Position numbers and translations under genes: made by a program. A stretch of 62,921 nucleotides of DNA, counting the filler, from Octopus bimaculoides (lineage: Eukaryota): NCBI RefSeq assembly GCF_001194135.2. It is 4 parts of 4 records of this genome, joined end to end, with 100 filler letters (N's around TTAATTAATTAA, not from the genome) between each part and the next. Parts side by side here need not be neighbours in the genome. Positions count along the whole stretch, not along the records: positions 57,924 to 62,921 come from NC_069004.1; 3 more parts are not named here. The stretch is one strand, 5' to 3'. A model generated the notes under the pieces. That model made no database searches. It saw nothing but the letters and a program-made list of their open reading frames with translations, and was not told where the DNA came from. This document shows, piece by piece, positions 62,884 to 62,921 of the stretch. The first letter of the stretch is position 1. Each line of letters opens with the position of its first letter.

Positions 62884-62921
62884 GTGAGTTCTTTGGACAA
62901 TGCTTGAAGAAAGAAAGAAAG

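Noticed and set aside
1-62921. CRISPR arrays, operons or prokaryotic defence systems
   Set aside because: The sequence is eukaryotic repeat-rich DNA. There is no repeat-spacer array with unique spacers and no cas-like ORF; the SINE stack and the minisatellite have other explanations.

Overview
This is AT-rich eukaryotic (animal) DNA, saturated with microsatellites and interspersed repeats. The SINE families and TE mix resemble those known from octopus/coleoid cephalopod genomes; this is an inference that needs a BLAST check. I could not support any intact host protein-coding gene. Almost every ORF with recognisable protein features is a decayed TE fragment: R4/Dong-, RTE-, RTE-X-, CR1-, Tx1/L1- and CRE-type LINEs, Penelope-like elements, piggyBac, two hAT types, Tc1, two mariner types and a Helitron. 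There are also many copies of three tRNA-derived SINE families, labelled A, B and C here. Many ORF-track entries are artefacts of N gaps or microsatellites, and three 44N+TTAATTAATTAA+44N spacers are scaffolding joins. The observations most worth following up are: (1) a near-complete type I hammerhead ribozyme in a Penelope-type terminal repeat (54462-54535, minus strand); (2) a gapless 112+112 bp palindrome (54858-55091); (3) an inverted SINE pair at 94% identity that shares private variants (32652-33870), inside a roughly 3 kb block of CpG decay; (4) an RFX X-box promoter with a possible first exon at the right edge; (5) a non-coding exon with textbook splice sites at 45141-45189. I found no convincing wholly new biological system. 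Coordinates of decayed elements are approximate and protein matches come from hand translation and family knowledge, not database searches.
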